64,000 bases of DNA, from the NCBI GenBank assembly GCA_045863235.1, contig BTUM01000036.1, forward strand, positions 1 to 64,000, written 5' to 3'. Below are positions 48,081 through 58,461 of the stretch, in pieces. Under the pieces are notes generated by a model, which saw only the letters and a program-made list of their open reading frames with translations, did no database searches and was not told where the DNA came from. The position numbers were made by a program, and so were the translations under genes. Within the stretch, counting starts at the first letter, position 1, and each line of letters starts with the position of its first letter. The stretch comes from Candidatus Xenobia bacterium. GTDB lineage: Bacteria; Vulcanimicrobiota; Xenobia; Xenobiales; QWHO01.

Positions 48081-49616
48081 ATGCGATCCGGGGTGGCCTG
48101 CGTCTTGATGCTCCTCCTCGTCGCCTGGCTTCCCGCCCGGGGACAGGCCGGCGAGACGCGCGAGGTGCGCTTTGAGATCACCGACCAGGAAGGCTCCGAC
48201 ACCTATCAATACAATCTTCGATTCACCTTTCCGATCCGAGGCGGCCCGATCCGCGGCGAGGGGCGCATCGAGCGGAGGTTCATCGACCATGGCAGGCCGC
48301 TCGTCCAGGTCTACACCGGCACGATCACAGGGGAGTATCGGGCCGGCACCAACCGGAGCGGCGAGCGCCGATATCGCCCCGAGGAGGGCGGCCGGTTCGT
48401 CCTGACTTTGCACGGCCAGGAGGTCACTCCCCCATGCTCTTTCTACCCCGAGGGGCGCACCGCCGAGCAGTGGCGTGAATACAGTGGCGTGCTGGACGCC
48501 TCGGGCAAGGGCACCTTCGGCGACCGGCGGCTGCCTTTCACGTTTCACCCCTTCGGGGGCGCCTGCGGCTGCAAGCTCAACCTCACCGTATACGGGGTCG
48601 CGGTGCGCGAGAAGCTCATGGACAGACTGCTCGAGCGCACCTCCCAGGAGCTCTACACCCGGTTCGTGGCGGGCAGCGAGGCGATCGCCGGCAGCCTGCT
48701 CCAGAAGGCCCAGACGGCGCGCGCCCTGAAGCGGCTCAAGCAGTACAAGCTGGCGGGGCTGACCGACCCGCTCCCCAAACGTCCGCCCCGAGATTTTCTG
48801 GACAAGCTTCAGAAGGGCTTTGAGAACTCCAGACTGCGCAAGCCCTCGCCCGCCTGTGCCATGCTTTCGAAGCTGGCCTCCAACCTGGACCTCTCCCTGA
48901 AGTTGTTAGAGGCGGCCGAAGCGGCGTCCGCCGGCGACTTCTCCTCGGCCGCGGGCGCGGCGGCGGTGGCCGCTGTCGGTCAGTACAGCAACCTGGCGGC
49001 CCTCACCCTGGCCCTGGCGGGGGCCGCCAAGGCCGATTGGGATGCCTACGCCCAGCGAGTACACGAAAAGTTCTTTCGAATCTGGTATGTCAAGCTCTAC
49101 TATCAAGGCGGTCGGCCTTCGGACGCGCGCTGGCAGGCCGGCGAGAAGGCCCGCCTGCAGGCCTTCATGCACGATGCCATCGAGTACCTGCAAACCGGGG
49201 GAGCGCAAGCCGCCCAGTTGAGAAGAGTTCTGAAGGACTTTGCCTACTACAACCTGCCAACGGACGGTTGGGCGTATTTTGGGCTCGGCCCCAAAGCCCT
49301 GACCGACCAGGACCTTCAGGTCAGCGAGGAGGGAAAGCTGACCAGCCGCTACGCAGGCGTGGTCCTGTCAGCGCTCTTTCACGCCTACGAGGAGACCTAT
49401 CGCAAGGACCTGGACGCCGAGCTTCTTCGCCAGCTGGCTATCGAGCAGATGAAGGCCCAGCGAAAGCTGATTGTGCAGACGAACGTTGCCCTGGAGGCGG
49501 CCACCCAGGGCAACTTTGCCAAAGCCTGGCCTCACGGCGAGCAGTGCTGGCGCTTGCGGGGCATCTTCGAGGAAATTCTGGCCGATTTCAAGCAGCGGGG
49601 GCTGTTGCAGCCCTGA
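48081..49616 (+). CDS. Exported hypothetical protein
   Basis: Signal peptide, 511-aa ORF with coding-like codon use. Confidence 0.7.
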   Translation: MRSGVACVLMLLLVAWLPARGQAGETREVRFEITDQEGSDTYQYNLRFTFPIRGGPIRGEGRIERRFIDHGRPLVQVYTGTITGEYRAGTNRSGERRYRPEEGGRFVLTLHGQEVTPPCSFYPEGRTAEQWREYSGVLDASGKGTFGDRRLPFTFHPFGGACGCKLNLTVYGVAVREKLMDRLLERTSQELYTRFVAGSEAIAGSLLQKAQTARALKRLKQYKLAGLTDPLPKRPPRDFLDKLQKGFENSRLRKPSPACAMLSKLASNLDLSLKLLEAAEAASAGDFSSAAGAAAVAAVGQYSNLAALTLALAGAAKADWDAYAQRVHEKFFRIWYVKLYYQGGRPSDARWQAGEKARLQAFMHDAIEYLQTGGAQAAQLRRVLKDFAYYNLPTDGWAYFGLGPKALTDQDLQVSEEGKLTSRYAGVVLSALFHAYEETYRKDLDAELLRQLAIEQMKAQRKLIVQTNVALEAATQGNFAKAWPHGEQCWRLRGIFEEILADFKQRGLLQP

Positions 49617-49656
49617 CAGCCACAGTAAGGCGCCGCGCGCTGGTGAACAGGCCAGG

Positions 49657-52350
49657 TCATTCAGGCTGAATTCGCACCGGACAGACCTTCAGCTCGGCCG
49701 TCTGGGTGATCGGGTCGTAGCCCGAGCCGGTCAGGACGTTGATGGGCACGTTGGCGAAGCTGAAGCTGGCGAACACCGTGCCCCGCTGCGAGCGGTCGCT
49801 GGAGCGGGCCCGGACCCGCACCGAGCCGCGGGCGCTGGAAACGGTGCACCAGGCACCTTCGGCCAGACCCCAGTCGCGGGCATCCTCGGGATGCACCTCC
49901 AGGTATTCCTCGGGCAGCAGATACTCGATCCCCTGCGAGCGTCCCGTCTGGGTGCGGGTGTGATAGGCCTCCAGCCGGCGGCCGGTGGTCAGCCAGACCG
50001 GAAACTCCGGGCTGATGGTCTCGGCCGGGTCGCGGTAGCCCATCAGGGTGAACTTGCCTCGACCGTTGAGAAAGCCATCCTCGTGCAACCGAGGGGTGCC
50101 GGGATGCTCCCGGTTGGGCACGGGCCACTGGAATGAGCCTTCCTCCAGCCTCTCCCAGTCGAGCCCCTGATAGATGGGCGAGAGCGAGCACAGCTCGTTG
50201 AAGACCTCGCGGGGGTGCTGGTAGACAAAGCCGGGAAAACCCAGGCGGGTGGCCAGTTGGCTGATGATCCACCAGTCCGGCCGGGCCTGCCCCGGAGGGG
50301 GCACCACCTGGCGCAGGCGCTGCACGCGACGCTCGGTGTTGGTGCACACCCCATCGGTCTCTCCCCAGGAGGTGGCCGGGAAGACCACATCGGCCAGAGC
50401 CGCGGTCTCGGTCAGGAAGATGTCGGCCACCACCAGGAAATCGAGGCTCCTCAGCGCCTTCTCGCCGTGATGGCGATCAGGGTCGGAGATCAGAGTGTTC
50501 TCGCCGTCGATGAACATGGCCCGGATCTTGTCGCCGCAGGCGTCCAGCGCGCTCACCTTGGTGATCCCGCGCTCGAGGTCAACCTCTCGGCCGTAAGCCT
50601 GAAGAAACTTGGCCTGGTGGGCCGGGTCAGTGACGGCCTGGAATCCAGGGTAGTTGTTGGGGATTGCGCCCGCGTCGCCGGCCCCCTGGATGTTGTTCTG
50701 GCCGCGCATGGGGTTGATGCCGGTGCCCTCCCGGCCCAGGTTGCCGGTCATCAGGGCCAGGTTGCACAGGGCCTGGACGTTGTCCACCCCGCAGATGTGC
50801 TCGGTGATGCCCAGCGTGTAGTAGATGGCGCCCCGCTCGGCCCGGCCGTAGAGCAGCGCGGCCCGCTCGATGTCAGCGGCCGGAACCTGACAGATTGCAG
50901 CGGCCCACTCGGGCGTGAACTGCTTGACGTGCTCGCGGAAGTCTTCCCAACCCACCGTGCGCTCGGCGATGAACGTCTCGTCCACCAGGCCCTCGCGCGC
51001 GATCACGTGGGCCATGGCCAGTAGCAGGGCCGCATCCGATCCCACCCGGATGGGCAGGTAAAGGTCGGCCAGCTCGGCCAGCCGGATGCGCCGCGGGTCA
51101 GCGTTGATCAAAGTGGCCCCGCGGGCCAGCGCGCGCTTGATTCGGGTAGCCGCCACCGGATGGCACTCGGTCATGTTCGTGCCGATCGTGAAGATCACAT
51201 CGGGCTTGTCCATATCCGCGAGCGGGTTGGACATCGCGCCCCGTCCGATGGTGGCTGCCAGACCGGCAACCGTGGGAGCGTGTCAAGCTCGGCTACAGTT
51301 GTCGATGTAGTTCGTGCCCAGTCCGGCGCGCACGAACTTCCCCATCAGATAGCAAGCCTCGCTGGGGGTTCGCCCGGAGGCCACGCAGTAGACGCTGTGG
51401 CGGCCGTGCTCCTCGATCACTTGGCCCAGTCCCCGAGCAGCCCGGTCCAGGGCCTCATCCCATGTCGCCTCGCGCAGCTGCCCATCCTCGCCACGCACCA
51501 GCGGGCTCTTGAGGCGATCGGGGTGGTGGACGAAGTCAAAGGCGAACTGGCCCTTGATGCAGAGAGCTCCCTCGTTGGCCGGGCCGTCCATGGCAGGGTG
51601 CACACCCACGATGCGGTCGCCCCGAGACAGCACGTCCAGCGAGCAACCCACGCCGCAATAAGCACAGGTGGTGCGGGTCTTCCTGGTCTCCCCGGGAATC
51701 TTCGCATTGGCCAGAGCTTTGCGGTCGGCCAGGGCTCCGGTCGGACATGTCTGCACGCACTGGCCGCAGAAAGTGCACTGCGAATCCTTCAGCTTGCCCT
51801 CGAACTCGGTGGTGATGCGGGTCTCAAAGCCGCGGTTCATGATGGAGATGGCGTAATCGCCCTCCTGCTCGGCACACACCCGCACGCATCGATAGCACGA
51901 GATGCACAGGTCATAGTCGCGCAGGATGAAGGGATTGTCGTCGGGATGGCTCTTTCCGGAAGTGCGCCCCTTGAAGCGCCCGGTGCGTGCGCCGTAACGG
52001 TCCACCAGCTCCTTGAGCTGTTGGGAGGCATAGCCGCGCAACGGGTCCACCTCCAGCTCGCGATTCTCCGAAGCCACCATCTCGAGCAGGTTCCGGCGGA
52101 GCCGATCCAGCGACTCGGTATCGGTGCGCACCACCATACCGGGGGTGGCCTTCATGGTGCAGGAGGCCACCGGGGCTTTGGTGCCCTCCAGCTCGACGGC
52201 GCACAGGCGGCAGCCGCCGAACGGCTCCAGGCGGGGGTCGTAGCAGAGTGTGGGGATGGATTTGCCGTGCCGGCTGGCCAGCTCGTACAGGGTCTCGCCG
52301 GGGGTGAACTCCACCAACTGGCCGTCCAGGGTCAGCTTGTTCTCGGTCAT
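49657..52350 (-). CDS. fdhF: Formate dehydrogenase alpha subunit, selenocysteine-containing (897 aa, U356)
   Basis: Fe-S motifs CRLC, CISCYRC, CTFCGQC, CAYCGVGC; DNCSRA-TGA-HAPTVAGL continues in frame into the molybdopterin domain (RGQNNIQG). Confidence 0.93.
51253..51285 (-). promoter_or_regulatory. Sec UGA codon plus bacterial SECIS hairpin
   Basis: TGA, 11 nt, then GGTTGCC-GGTCT-GGCAGCC stem-loop. Confidence 0.88.
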
Positions 52351-53954
52351 GCGTTCCTCCCGACGTGGGCCGCCACATCCTCGGGGAAATAGCGGTTGAG
52401 GCTCTCGGTCACCAGGGGGGCGGCCATGCCCAGCCCGCAGGCGCTGAGGGCCTTCATGGTGTGTCCCAGATCCTCGACTTCTTCCACCCAGCGCTCTCTC
52501 TCCCCTGGCCCGGCCTGGCCCGAAAGGCGCTCGACCAGCCGTTGGGTGCCGATGCGACAGGGGAAGCACTTGCCGCAGGACTCATGGGCGAAGAACTCCA
52601 TGGCCGTGCGGGCCGCCTCCACCATGTCGCGTCCGTCGTGATAGACGATGATCCCACCCGCCCCCAGGAAGCTTCCCCGGGCACGGATGGAGGGCTCGTC
52701 CAGGGTGACCTCCAGGTCGGCGCCACCCAGGAAGCCTCCCGAGATGCCGGCCATGGTGACGGCCCGGATGGCGCGCCCCTCGGTCGCGCCGCCGGCCCAA
52801 TCCTCGAGCAAGGTGCGCAGGGGCAAGCCGAGCGGCGCCTCGTAATTGCCGGGTCGCTGGATGTCGCCCGAAAGGCTGATGAGCTTGGTGCCGGCCTGCC
52901 CGTTGCGCCCCAGCGAGCGGTACCAGGCCGGTCCGTGACGCAGGATGGGGGGCACCGAGGCCAGCGTCTCGACATTGTTGACGGCCGTGGGCAGGTTCTC
53001 AAAACCGTGGGTGACCGGGAAGGGGGGACGGTAGCGAGGAAAGGGGTGGCGGCCTTCCAGGCTGTTGAGCAGGGCGCCCTCCTCCCCGCAGATGTAGGCG
53101 CCGGCCCCGCGGCGCAGGTAGATCTCGCAGGTGCCCAGCAGGCCGGCGGCGCGGGCCTCCTCCAGGGCACGCTCGAGGATCCTCAGCGTGTGGGGATACT
53201 CGTAGCGCAGGTAGAGAAAGGCCCGGCTGGCCCCGGTAGCGTGGGCGGCGATCAGCATCCCCTCGAGCACGGCATGGGGGTCGTGATCGAGCAAGGCCCG
53301 GTCCTTGAAGCATCCAGGCTCGCCCTCGTCGGCATTGCAAACGATGGTCTTGGGGTGGCCCTCGGCCTGAGCCACCAGCTTCCACTTGGTGCCGGTGGGA
53401 AAGCCAGCCCCGCCGCGGCCCGCCAGCCCGCTCTCGGCCACCAGGTCCAGCACCTGCTGCCCGGACATGCCAAGGGCCTTCTCCAGGGCCTCGTAGCGAT
53501 AACCGGCCAGAGTGGAGCGGCCCGGCTCGCGGATGTGGGCAAAGACGCACTCCTCGCAGCCGCCCGGATTGGGGACGGGCAGCGGCGAGAGAAGGGGCTG
53601 GCCGTGCGGGTCCAGCACCTGGTCGCCCGTGAGCACCGGAACGGGCTGATCGCAGCGCCCGGCGCAGGGCATTTCGGTAGCCCCGAGCTTTTGCACCAGG
53701 TCGAGGGCGCCGTGCTGGCAGCAGACCGGCCCGGTGCACACCCGGGGGGCGGTTTTGCCGCCGGGCTTTCTGGCAAAGTGGTGGTAGAAGGTGACCGTGC
53801 CGAACAGATCGGCCAGCGGGATGCGCAGGCCCCTGGAGACCTCGCGCAGGGCGTCGTCAGAGAGATAGCCGTCGCGGTCATGCAGGGCGTGCAGCACGGC
53901 CAGTAGCGGGGCCGGCTGGCGACGATAAAGCTCGATCAGCTCACGGGTTTCCAC
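52347..53954 (-). CDS. NuoE/NuoF-like fused NADH-binding diaphorase subunit of the FDH
   Basis: CTGPVC, GRGGAGFPTG, NADEGEPG, YICGEE, ESCGKCFPCRIG. Confidence 0.92.
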   Translation of the reverse strand: METRELIELYRRQPAPLLAVLHALHDRDGYLSDDALREVSRGLRIPLADLFGTVTFYHHFARKPGGKTAPRVCTGPVCCQHGALDLVQKLGATEMPCAGRCDQPVPVLTGDQVLDPHGQPLLSPLPVPNPGGCEECVFAHIREPGRSTLAGYRYEALEKALGMSGQQVLDLVAESGLAGRGGAGFPTGTKWKLVAQAEGHPKTIVCNADEGEPGCFKDRALLDHDPHAVLEGMLIAAHATGASRAFLYLRYEYPHTLRILERALEEARAAGLLGTCEIYLRRGAGAYICGEEGALLNSLEGRHPFPRYRPPFPVTHGFENLPTAVNNVETLASVPPILRHGPAWYRSLGRNGQAGTKLISLSGDIQRPGNYEAPLGLPLRTLLEDWAGGATEGRAIRAVTMAGISGGFLGGADLEVTLDEPSIRARGSFLGAGGIIVYHDGRDMVEAARTAMEFFAHESCGKCFPCRIGTQRLVERLSGQAGPGERERWVEEVEDLGHTMKALSACGLGMAAPLVTESLNRYFPEDVAAHVGRNA

Positions 53955-54092
53955 GGGGCGGGCTGTTCGTCAGGCTGAGCCATCTTCCTCGGACAGGTTC
54001 TGCCTTCTCGTTGATCAACCAGCAAGAGACAACCACAGAAATCCGCCGACTGGATAAGGGGTCGTTTGCTTTCGCCAGCAATTTCCAGGGAT

Positions 54093-54121
54093 TTGACAGG
54101 GTGGCTTCCGGAAGCTACCAT
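54093..54121 (+). promoter_or_regulatory. vapBC promoter with overlapping palindromic operator
   Basis: TTGACA-17nt-TACCAT; 20-bp near-perfect palindrome GGTGGCTTCCGGAAGCTACC at 54100-54119. Confidence 0.8.
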
Positions 54122-54127
54122 GCCTCC

Positions 54128-54418
54128 ATGAGGTCCGTAGGGCTCAAAGTGCTCAAGAATCGCCTGGCCGAGTACGTCCGCTTGGCGGCCAGTGGAGAAA
54201 CGGTGCTGGTGACCGACCGTGACCAGGTGGTGGCCGAGCTGGTCCCTCCGAGACCAGGCCGAAGCCCTCTGCTGGCCGACGCTTTGCTGGCAGACGCGGT
54301 GCGCAAGGGCTTGATCGTCCCTCCGGCCATCGTGTCGAAGGAGCCTCCAACGGGCTATCCCGTCGCCAGGCTCGAAACCCTTCTCGATGAGCTGGCGGGC
54401 GACCGCGGAGAGCGTTGA
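54128..54418 (+). CDS. Phd/YefM-family antitoxin
   Basis: MRSVGLKVLKNRLAEYVR..GETVLVTDRDQVVAELVP. Confidence 0.88.
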   Translation: MRSVGLKVLKNRLAEYVRLAASGETVLVTDRDQVVAELVPPRPGRSPLLADALLADAVRKGLIVPPAIVSKEPPTGYPVARLETLLDELAGDRGER

Positions 54419-54804
54419 TTTACCTCGATACCTCGGTGGTGCTCGCTCAGCTTCTGGTCGAGGACCGGCGACCTCCTGAGGTCCTCTGGGGAGACTCCTT
54501 GATAGCCAGCCGGCTTCTGGAGTACGAGACCTGGACGCGTCTGAACGCGCGCGGACTGGCCGAAACACACGGAGAGGCCGCGACCGAGCTTCTTGCTCGA
54601 GTAGCGATGGTCGAGATGCTTCCCCCGGTCCTGAGTCGAGCCCTGGAAGCCTTTCCCACGGAAGTGCGAACTTTGGATGCCCTTCACCTGGCCACCATCC
54701 AATTCCTGATTGGTGCTCGCCAGAACGTCTCCCTGGCGACCTACGACGAGAAGATGCTAAGAGCAGCTCGCGCGCTCGGATTTCCTGTCTTCGACCTGCC
54801 TTAA
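54415..54804 (+). CDS. vapC: PIN-domain (VapC) toxin
   Basis: IYLDTS, RTLDALHLAT, TYD. Confidence 0.88.
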   Translation: MIYLDTSVVLAQLLVEDRRPPEVLWGDSLIASRLLEYETWTRLNARGLAETHGEAATELLARVAMVEMLPPVLSRALEAFPTEVRTLDALHLATIQFLIGARQNVSLATYDEKMLRAARALGFPVFDLP

Positions 54805-54812
54805 GCCCTGGG

Positions 54813-56813
54813 TCAGCTATCTTCCTCGGGAGCGGCCAGCCCGCCCAGGATCACCCCCAGGTCGGCCCCGGCCGGCTCCAGCTTGTAGTCGCGGCTTTCC
54901 TCGGCCCAGTCGAAGGGTCGCAGGCGGCGCACCAGCTCCTCCACCAGCCAGGTCCGAGGAAGCTCGCCGGCCCAGTGACCCAGGGCCAGCTCACGCGCCA
55001 GCGCAAGGCAACGCCGGCGCAGGATGGACTCGAGCTGATCCGAGTCCAGCGGGAAGGGCGCCTCCTCGCGCTCGTCCATCCAGAGCACGAAGCCGTTGGC
55101 CCCTCCCCTCCCCCGCAACAGCTCGTTGAGCAGGCTGCCTCGGGCCGAGCCCAGGAAGTGGCCCACGATCATCCGTCGCCCCTGCACGCAGTAAGGCTTT
55201 CCGGTCAGCTCCAGGTAGCGTGCAAAATCAGCCGCCAGCAGGTCGGAAACCGGGGCGCTGCGGCCCCGGAAGGGCTCGGCCGGAGTCGCCTCGCCGCGGC
55301 CGGCCCAGACCTCGCGGCCCCCCGAGTCCGAGCTCAATTCGCGGGTCACCCCGCCCAGCGAGACCCGCTCGGGCAGCGAGCCGTCAGCCCGGCGGGTCAC
55401 GTGGCCCACCACCCGCCCCGATTGCCTGTCGATGACGGCCACCTCACGCCCGCTCTCGCCGCTGAAATTGTGGTGGATCTTGCCCAGCTCGAAGAGGCGC
55501 TCGAGCCGCTTCGCCGGTCGATAACGCTCGCCGCTGCGCTCGAAATACTGGCGCTCGGTCAGGCGGTCGAGCAGCTCGGTGCAACGTTCCAGGCTGTAGC
55601 GCCGGGCCACATCCTCGGGCAGGCGGGCGAAGAGGGCCTCGGCGGTCACGAATCGGTTGGGATTCTGGTAGGTCAAAGAAAAGGCTTGCTGCACCAGCAC
55701 CGCCGGGCTGAAGGGCACCTGGGGTGCCAGCAAGCGTCCCATGCGGGCGCACTCGAGCAGGTGCTCCAGGCGCTCCTTGCGGCCAGGACCCTCGTACAGG
55801 GCCAGCACCCGGGTCTCGCCGGTGCGGCGGTTGCCGCGACCGATGCGCTGGAGGACCCCGGCCACCTCAGCCGGAGGCGCGGCCAGCACCACCAGGTCCA
55901 CATCCCCGATGTCGATGCCCAGCTCCAGCGTCGTGGTGGCCAGGCACAGGGCCGTGGGAGCTTTGAGAAAGGCCTTCTCGACCCGCTCGCGCTCTTGTCG
56001 CGACAGGCTGCCGTGGTGCACCAGCACGTGGTTGCGAAAGGGCGCCTGGCCGCGCAGGTCGGCCCCGAGCTGCTCGGCCTCACGGCGGCTGCCGGTGAAG
56101 AGCAGCACCTTGCGCCCGCCCGCCTGCAAGAGGGCCTTTCGCACGTCCTCGGTGCTCTCCATCAAGGCCAGCGTGGCCTGCAGCTTGCGCTGGCCAGGTA
56201 CTTTGACCACCACCGCGCCCTCGCCCAGATAGCGCCGGGCCACCTCCTCGGGATGGCCCAGCGTGGCCGTGGCCGCCACCCGCTGCAGGGCAGGGCCACC
56301 CAGGGCCGTCACTACGCGCTCGAGTCGGCCCAGGAGGATCCGGAGCTGATCGCCGCGGGGGGTGCCTTCCAGCACGTGCAGCTCGTCCAGCACCACCGCC
56401 CGCACCTCCTTGAGCCAGCGAGGATGGCGAGCCAGGATGGAGTCCAGCGATTCGGGAGTGGTCAGCAGCACCCCGGCCGGATCCTCCTCCAGGCTCTTGG
56501 GATGGTCGCCCGTGCGCCGCTGCAGACGAACCTGCACCTTGCCCAGGGGCACCTCCAGGCGGCGAGCCAGGTCGTTGACCAGCGCTCGAGTGGGACTGAC
56601 GATCAGTATCCGCAGCAGGGACCTCTTCATGTCGTCGAGGTGGCGCTCGACCAGGGGTGCGGCATAGGCCTCGGTCTTGCCAGTGGCGGTGGGCGCAGAG
56701 AGCAGCACGTGGCGGCCGGCCGCAATGGGGGCGATGCCCTGCTCCTGTACGGGGGTGAGCCGTGGATGGCGGGCCAGGAAGGCGTAGTGGGTGCGTGGGA
56801 GGTGATCCCTCAT
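54813..56813 (-). CDS. Lhr-like DEAD/DEAH box helicase
   Basis: APTATGKT, TTPESLD, DELH, HHGSLS, TLELGIDIG, QRIGRG. Confidence 0.88.
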   Translation of the reverse strand: MRDHLPRTHYAFLARHPRLTPVQEQGIAPIAAGRHVLLSAPTATGKTEAYAAPLVERHLDDMKRSLLRILIVSPTRALVNDLARRLEVPLGKVQVRLQRRTGDHPKSLEEDPAGVLLTTPESLDSILARHPRWLKEVRAVVLDELHVLEGTPRGDQLRILLGRLERVVTALGGPALQRVAATATLGHPEEVARRYLGEGAVVVKVPGQRKLQATLALMESTEDVRKALLQAGGRKVLLFTGSRREAEQLGADLRGQAPFRNHVLVHHGSLSRQERERVEKAFLKAPTALCLATTTLELGIDIGDVDLVVLAAPPAEVAGVLQRIGRGNRRTGETRVLALYEGPGRKERLEHLLECARMGRLLAPQVPFSPAVLVQQAFSLTYQNPNRFVTAEALFARLPEDVARRYSLERCTELLDRLTERQYFERSGERYRPAKRLERLFELGKIHHNFSGESGREVAVIDRQSGRVVGHVTRRADGSLPERVSLGGVTRELSSDSGGREVWAGRGEATPAEPFRGRSAPVSDLLAADFARYLELTGKPYCVQGRRMIVGHFLGSARGSLLNELLRGRGGANGFVLWMDEREEAPFPLDSDQLESILRRRCLALARELALGHWAGELPRTWLVEELVRRLRPFDWAEESRDYKLEPAGADLGVILGGLAAPEEDS

Positions 56814-56871
56814 GGCCCTTGCTTCGCCTGCCCGGGCAGGCGGCCCTGGCCAGCCCGCGAAGCAAATTCGG

Positions 56872-57285
56872 GTGACCGCCGAGGAGATCGAGACCCTGGT
56901 CGAGGCCTGGAGCCAGCAAACCCTGCCCTTTGCCGAGTGGACCCACCAGGCTCACCTGACGGTGGCCCTCTGGCACGTGCTGCGCTATCCTCCCGAAGAA
57001 GCGCTGGATCGAGTGCGGGCCGGAATTCAGGCCTATAACCTGTCGCAGGGGGTCAAGCAGACCCCCGAGGGGGGCTACCACGAGACGCTGACCCGGATCT
57101 GGATGGCCCTGGTGCAGGACTTCGTCAGCCGGTCCGGCCCAGGGCCGATCGAGAAGCTGGCTCCAGCCCTGTGGGCGGCTTGCCAGGACCAGAAGCTGGC
57201 TCTGCGCTTTTATACGCGGGAGCGGTTGCTGTCGTGGGAGGCCCGAACCACATTCCTCGAGCCCGATCTGCTTGCGCTGCCGTAG
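56872..57285 (+). CDS. Conserved hypothetical protein (WTH..HL, YHETLT motifs)
   Basis: Clean ORF with HxxH and GYHETLT..W, EPD motifs. Confidence 0.75.
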   Translation: MTAEEIETLVEAWSQQTLPFAEWTHQAHLTVALWHVLRYPPEEALDRVRAGIQAYNLSQGVKQTPEGGYHETLTRIWMALVQDFVSRSGPGPIEKLAPALWAACQDQKLALRFYTRERLLSWEARTTFLEPDLLALP

Positions 57286-57455
57286 GGTCAGGCCGAAGTT
57301 CCCGGACTTGCGGTCGACCGGACTGAGGTTCTCCTCGCCCATATGGCAGGATTGCTTCCACACGCCATGTTCTCCCACGATGGCCAGCGGGCTCCATCCG
57401 CCGGCCTGGCGCGGCGACGCCCAGCTCGTCTGCGACTACGAGCTGATGGAAGTCC

Positions 57456-57562
57456 GCTAATGTGCTCGCACTTTGGTTTTGCACATTAGCACAATCTGAC
57501 GAACGCGCCGGAGCTGCGTTCCAGCGCGTTGTAAAGTGCAAGACCAAAGGCCTTGCACTTTA
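57456..57562. repeat. REP-doublet-like element: two related palindromic units in inverted orientation around a central hairpin
   Basis: GCTAATGTGC..GCACATTAGC; AACGCGC..GCGCGTT; TAAAGTGCAAG..CTTGCACTTTA. Confidence 0.7.
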
Positions 57563-57575
57563 GAAGCGCGTTGCC

Positions 57576-58202
57576 TCAGGGCAATCCCAGGCTTGCTCTG
57601 GAGTGGACCAACCAGCGTTCCAACAATAGCTCGGATTCTCCCTGATTGATCGCCTGAGCCAGATCGACGCAGTAGTTCGCGTAGGTCTGGGCCCAGAGCC
57701 TGCCAGGATGTTGAGAATACGCGGCCAGGAAGAGTCTCCGGGCATCCTCGACGAACTGCCTGGCCGGCTCGGGCTCCCCCAGCGCAGCGCTGAGGCACGC
57801 CTGACTCAGGTGCAGGTAGCCCGTGGGGGGGGACGCAACCAGCCCCATTCCCTCGAGCAGCCCACGCTTTGACGCGGACACTTCGAACCAGCCCGCCAGG
57901 TGTTGCGTGTATGCAGCCGCCAGCCGAGAGAAAGAGTTCTCTTCATCCGACCAGCGCCCGGGCAGGGTGCCTCCAAAGTCCAGTGACCAACACTGCTGAG
58001 GGGAGCCCAGGAACAGGGCTCCATACGCTACCGTGAGCTCGCGGCGAATCCTGGTTTCAATGGTAACGGATACGAATTGTGCCACTTCGTCGACGATGCG
58101 ATAGTGCAGTCCTTTGCACAAAGGCCCAAAACCCGTCTCGCGCAACAGCCCCCAGAGTGACTGGTCCAGCTTGCGATGCACCGAGGCCAGAGACAACTTC
58201 AT
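57576..58202 (-). CDS. Hypothetical protein
   Basis: About 208-aa ORF in a visibly less GC-rich stretch. Confidence 0.55.
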   Translation of the reverse strand: MKLSLASVHRKLDQSLWGLLRETGFGPLCKGLHYRIVDEVAQFVSVTIETRIRRELTVAYGALFLGSPQQCWSLDFGGTLPGRWSDEENSFSRLAAAYTQHLAGWFEVSASKRGLLEGMGLVASPPTGYLHLSQACLSAALGEPEPARQFVEDARRLFLAAYSQHPGRLWAQTYANYCVDLAQAINQGESELLLERWLVHSRASLGLP

Positions 58203-58461
58203 GCTCCAGCCCACGTTAGGTACGATCTGTCGATCTCCCGCCCTCGGGAACCCATGCTTACTGGAAGGTACCTGCCCAAATCCACGAGGACGGGCCCACC
58301 GGGCGTGTCATGAAGGCGAAGACCGAGATTCCGTGCGCGTGGGCTCCCAGCGCGCTCGTCGTTGTTCTCTGAGGTCCTGACGTGCACTCGCTCCCCTGCG
58401 GGGCCGCAAACAGTTTGCCGGAAGTTCACGCCTGTAACAATCTGGAAACGCCCGGGCGCCG

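Noticed and set aside
51283..51285. Nonsense mutation splitting fdh into a pseudogene
   Set aside because: TGA sits exactly at the catalytic Cys/Sec position and is followed by a SECIS-like hairpin
54813..56813. BREX or other defence system around the Lhr-like helicase
   Set aside because: No partner ATPase, methylase or nuclease genes adjacent; only vapBC
57290..57460. Short ORF or gene remnant ending ...LVCDYELMEVR
   Set aside because: No start context or recognisable family; may be a remnant but is unsupported
57456..57575. attC cassette site
   Set aside because: No RYYYAAC...GTTRRRY core pair in the right position after the ORF stop
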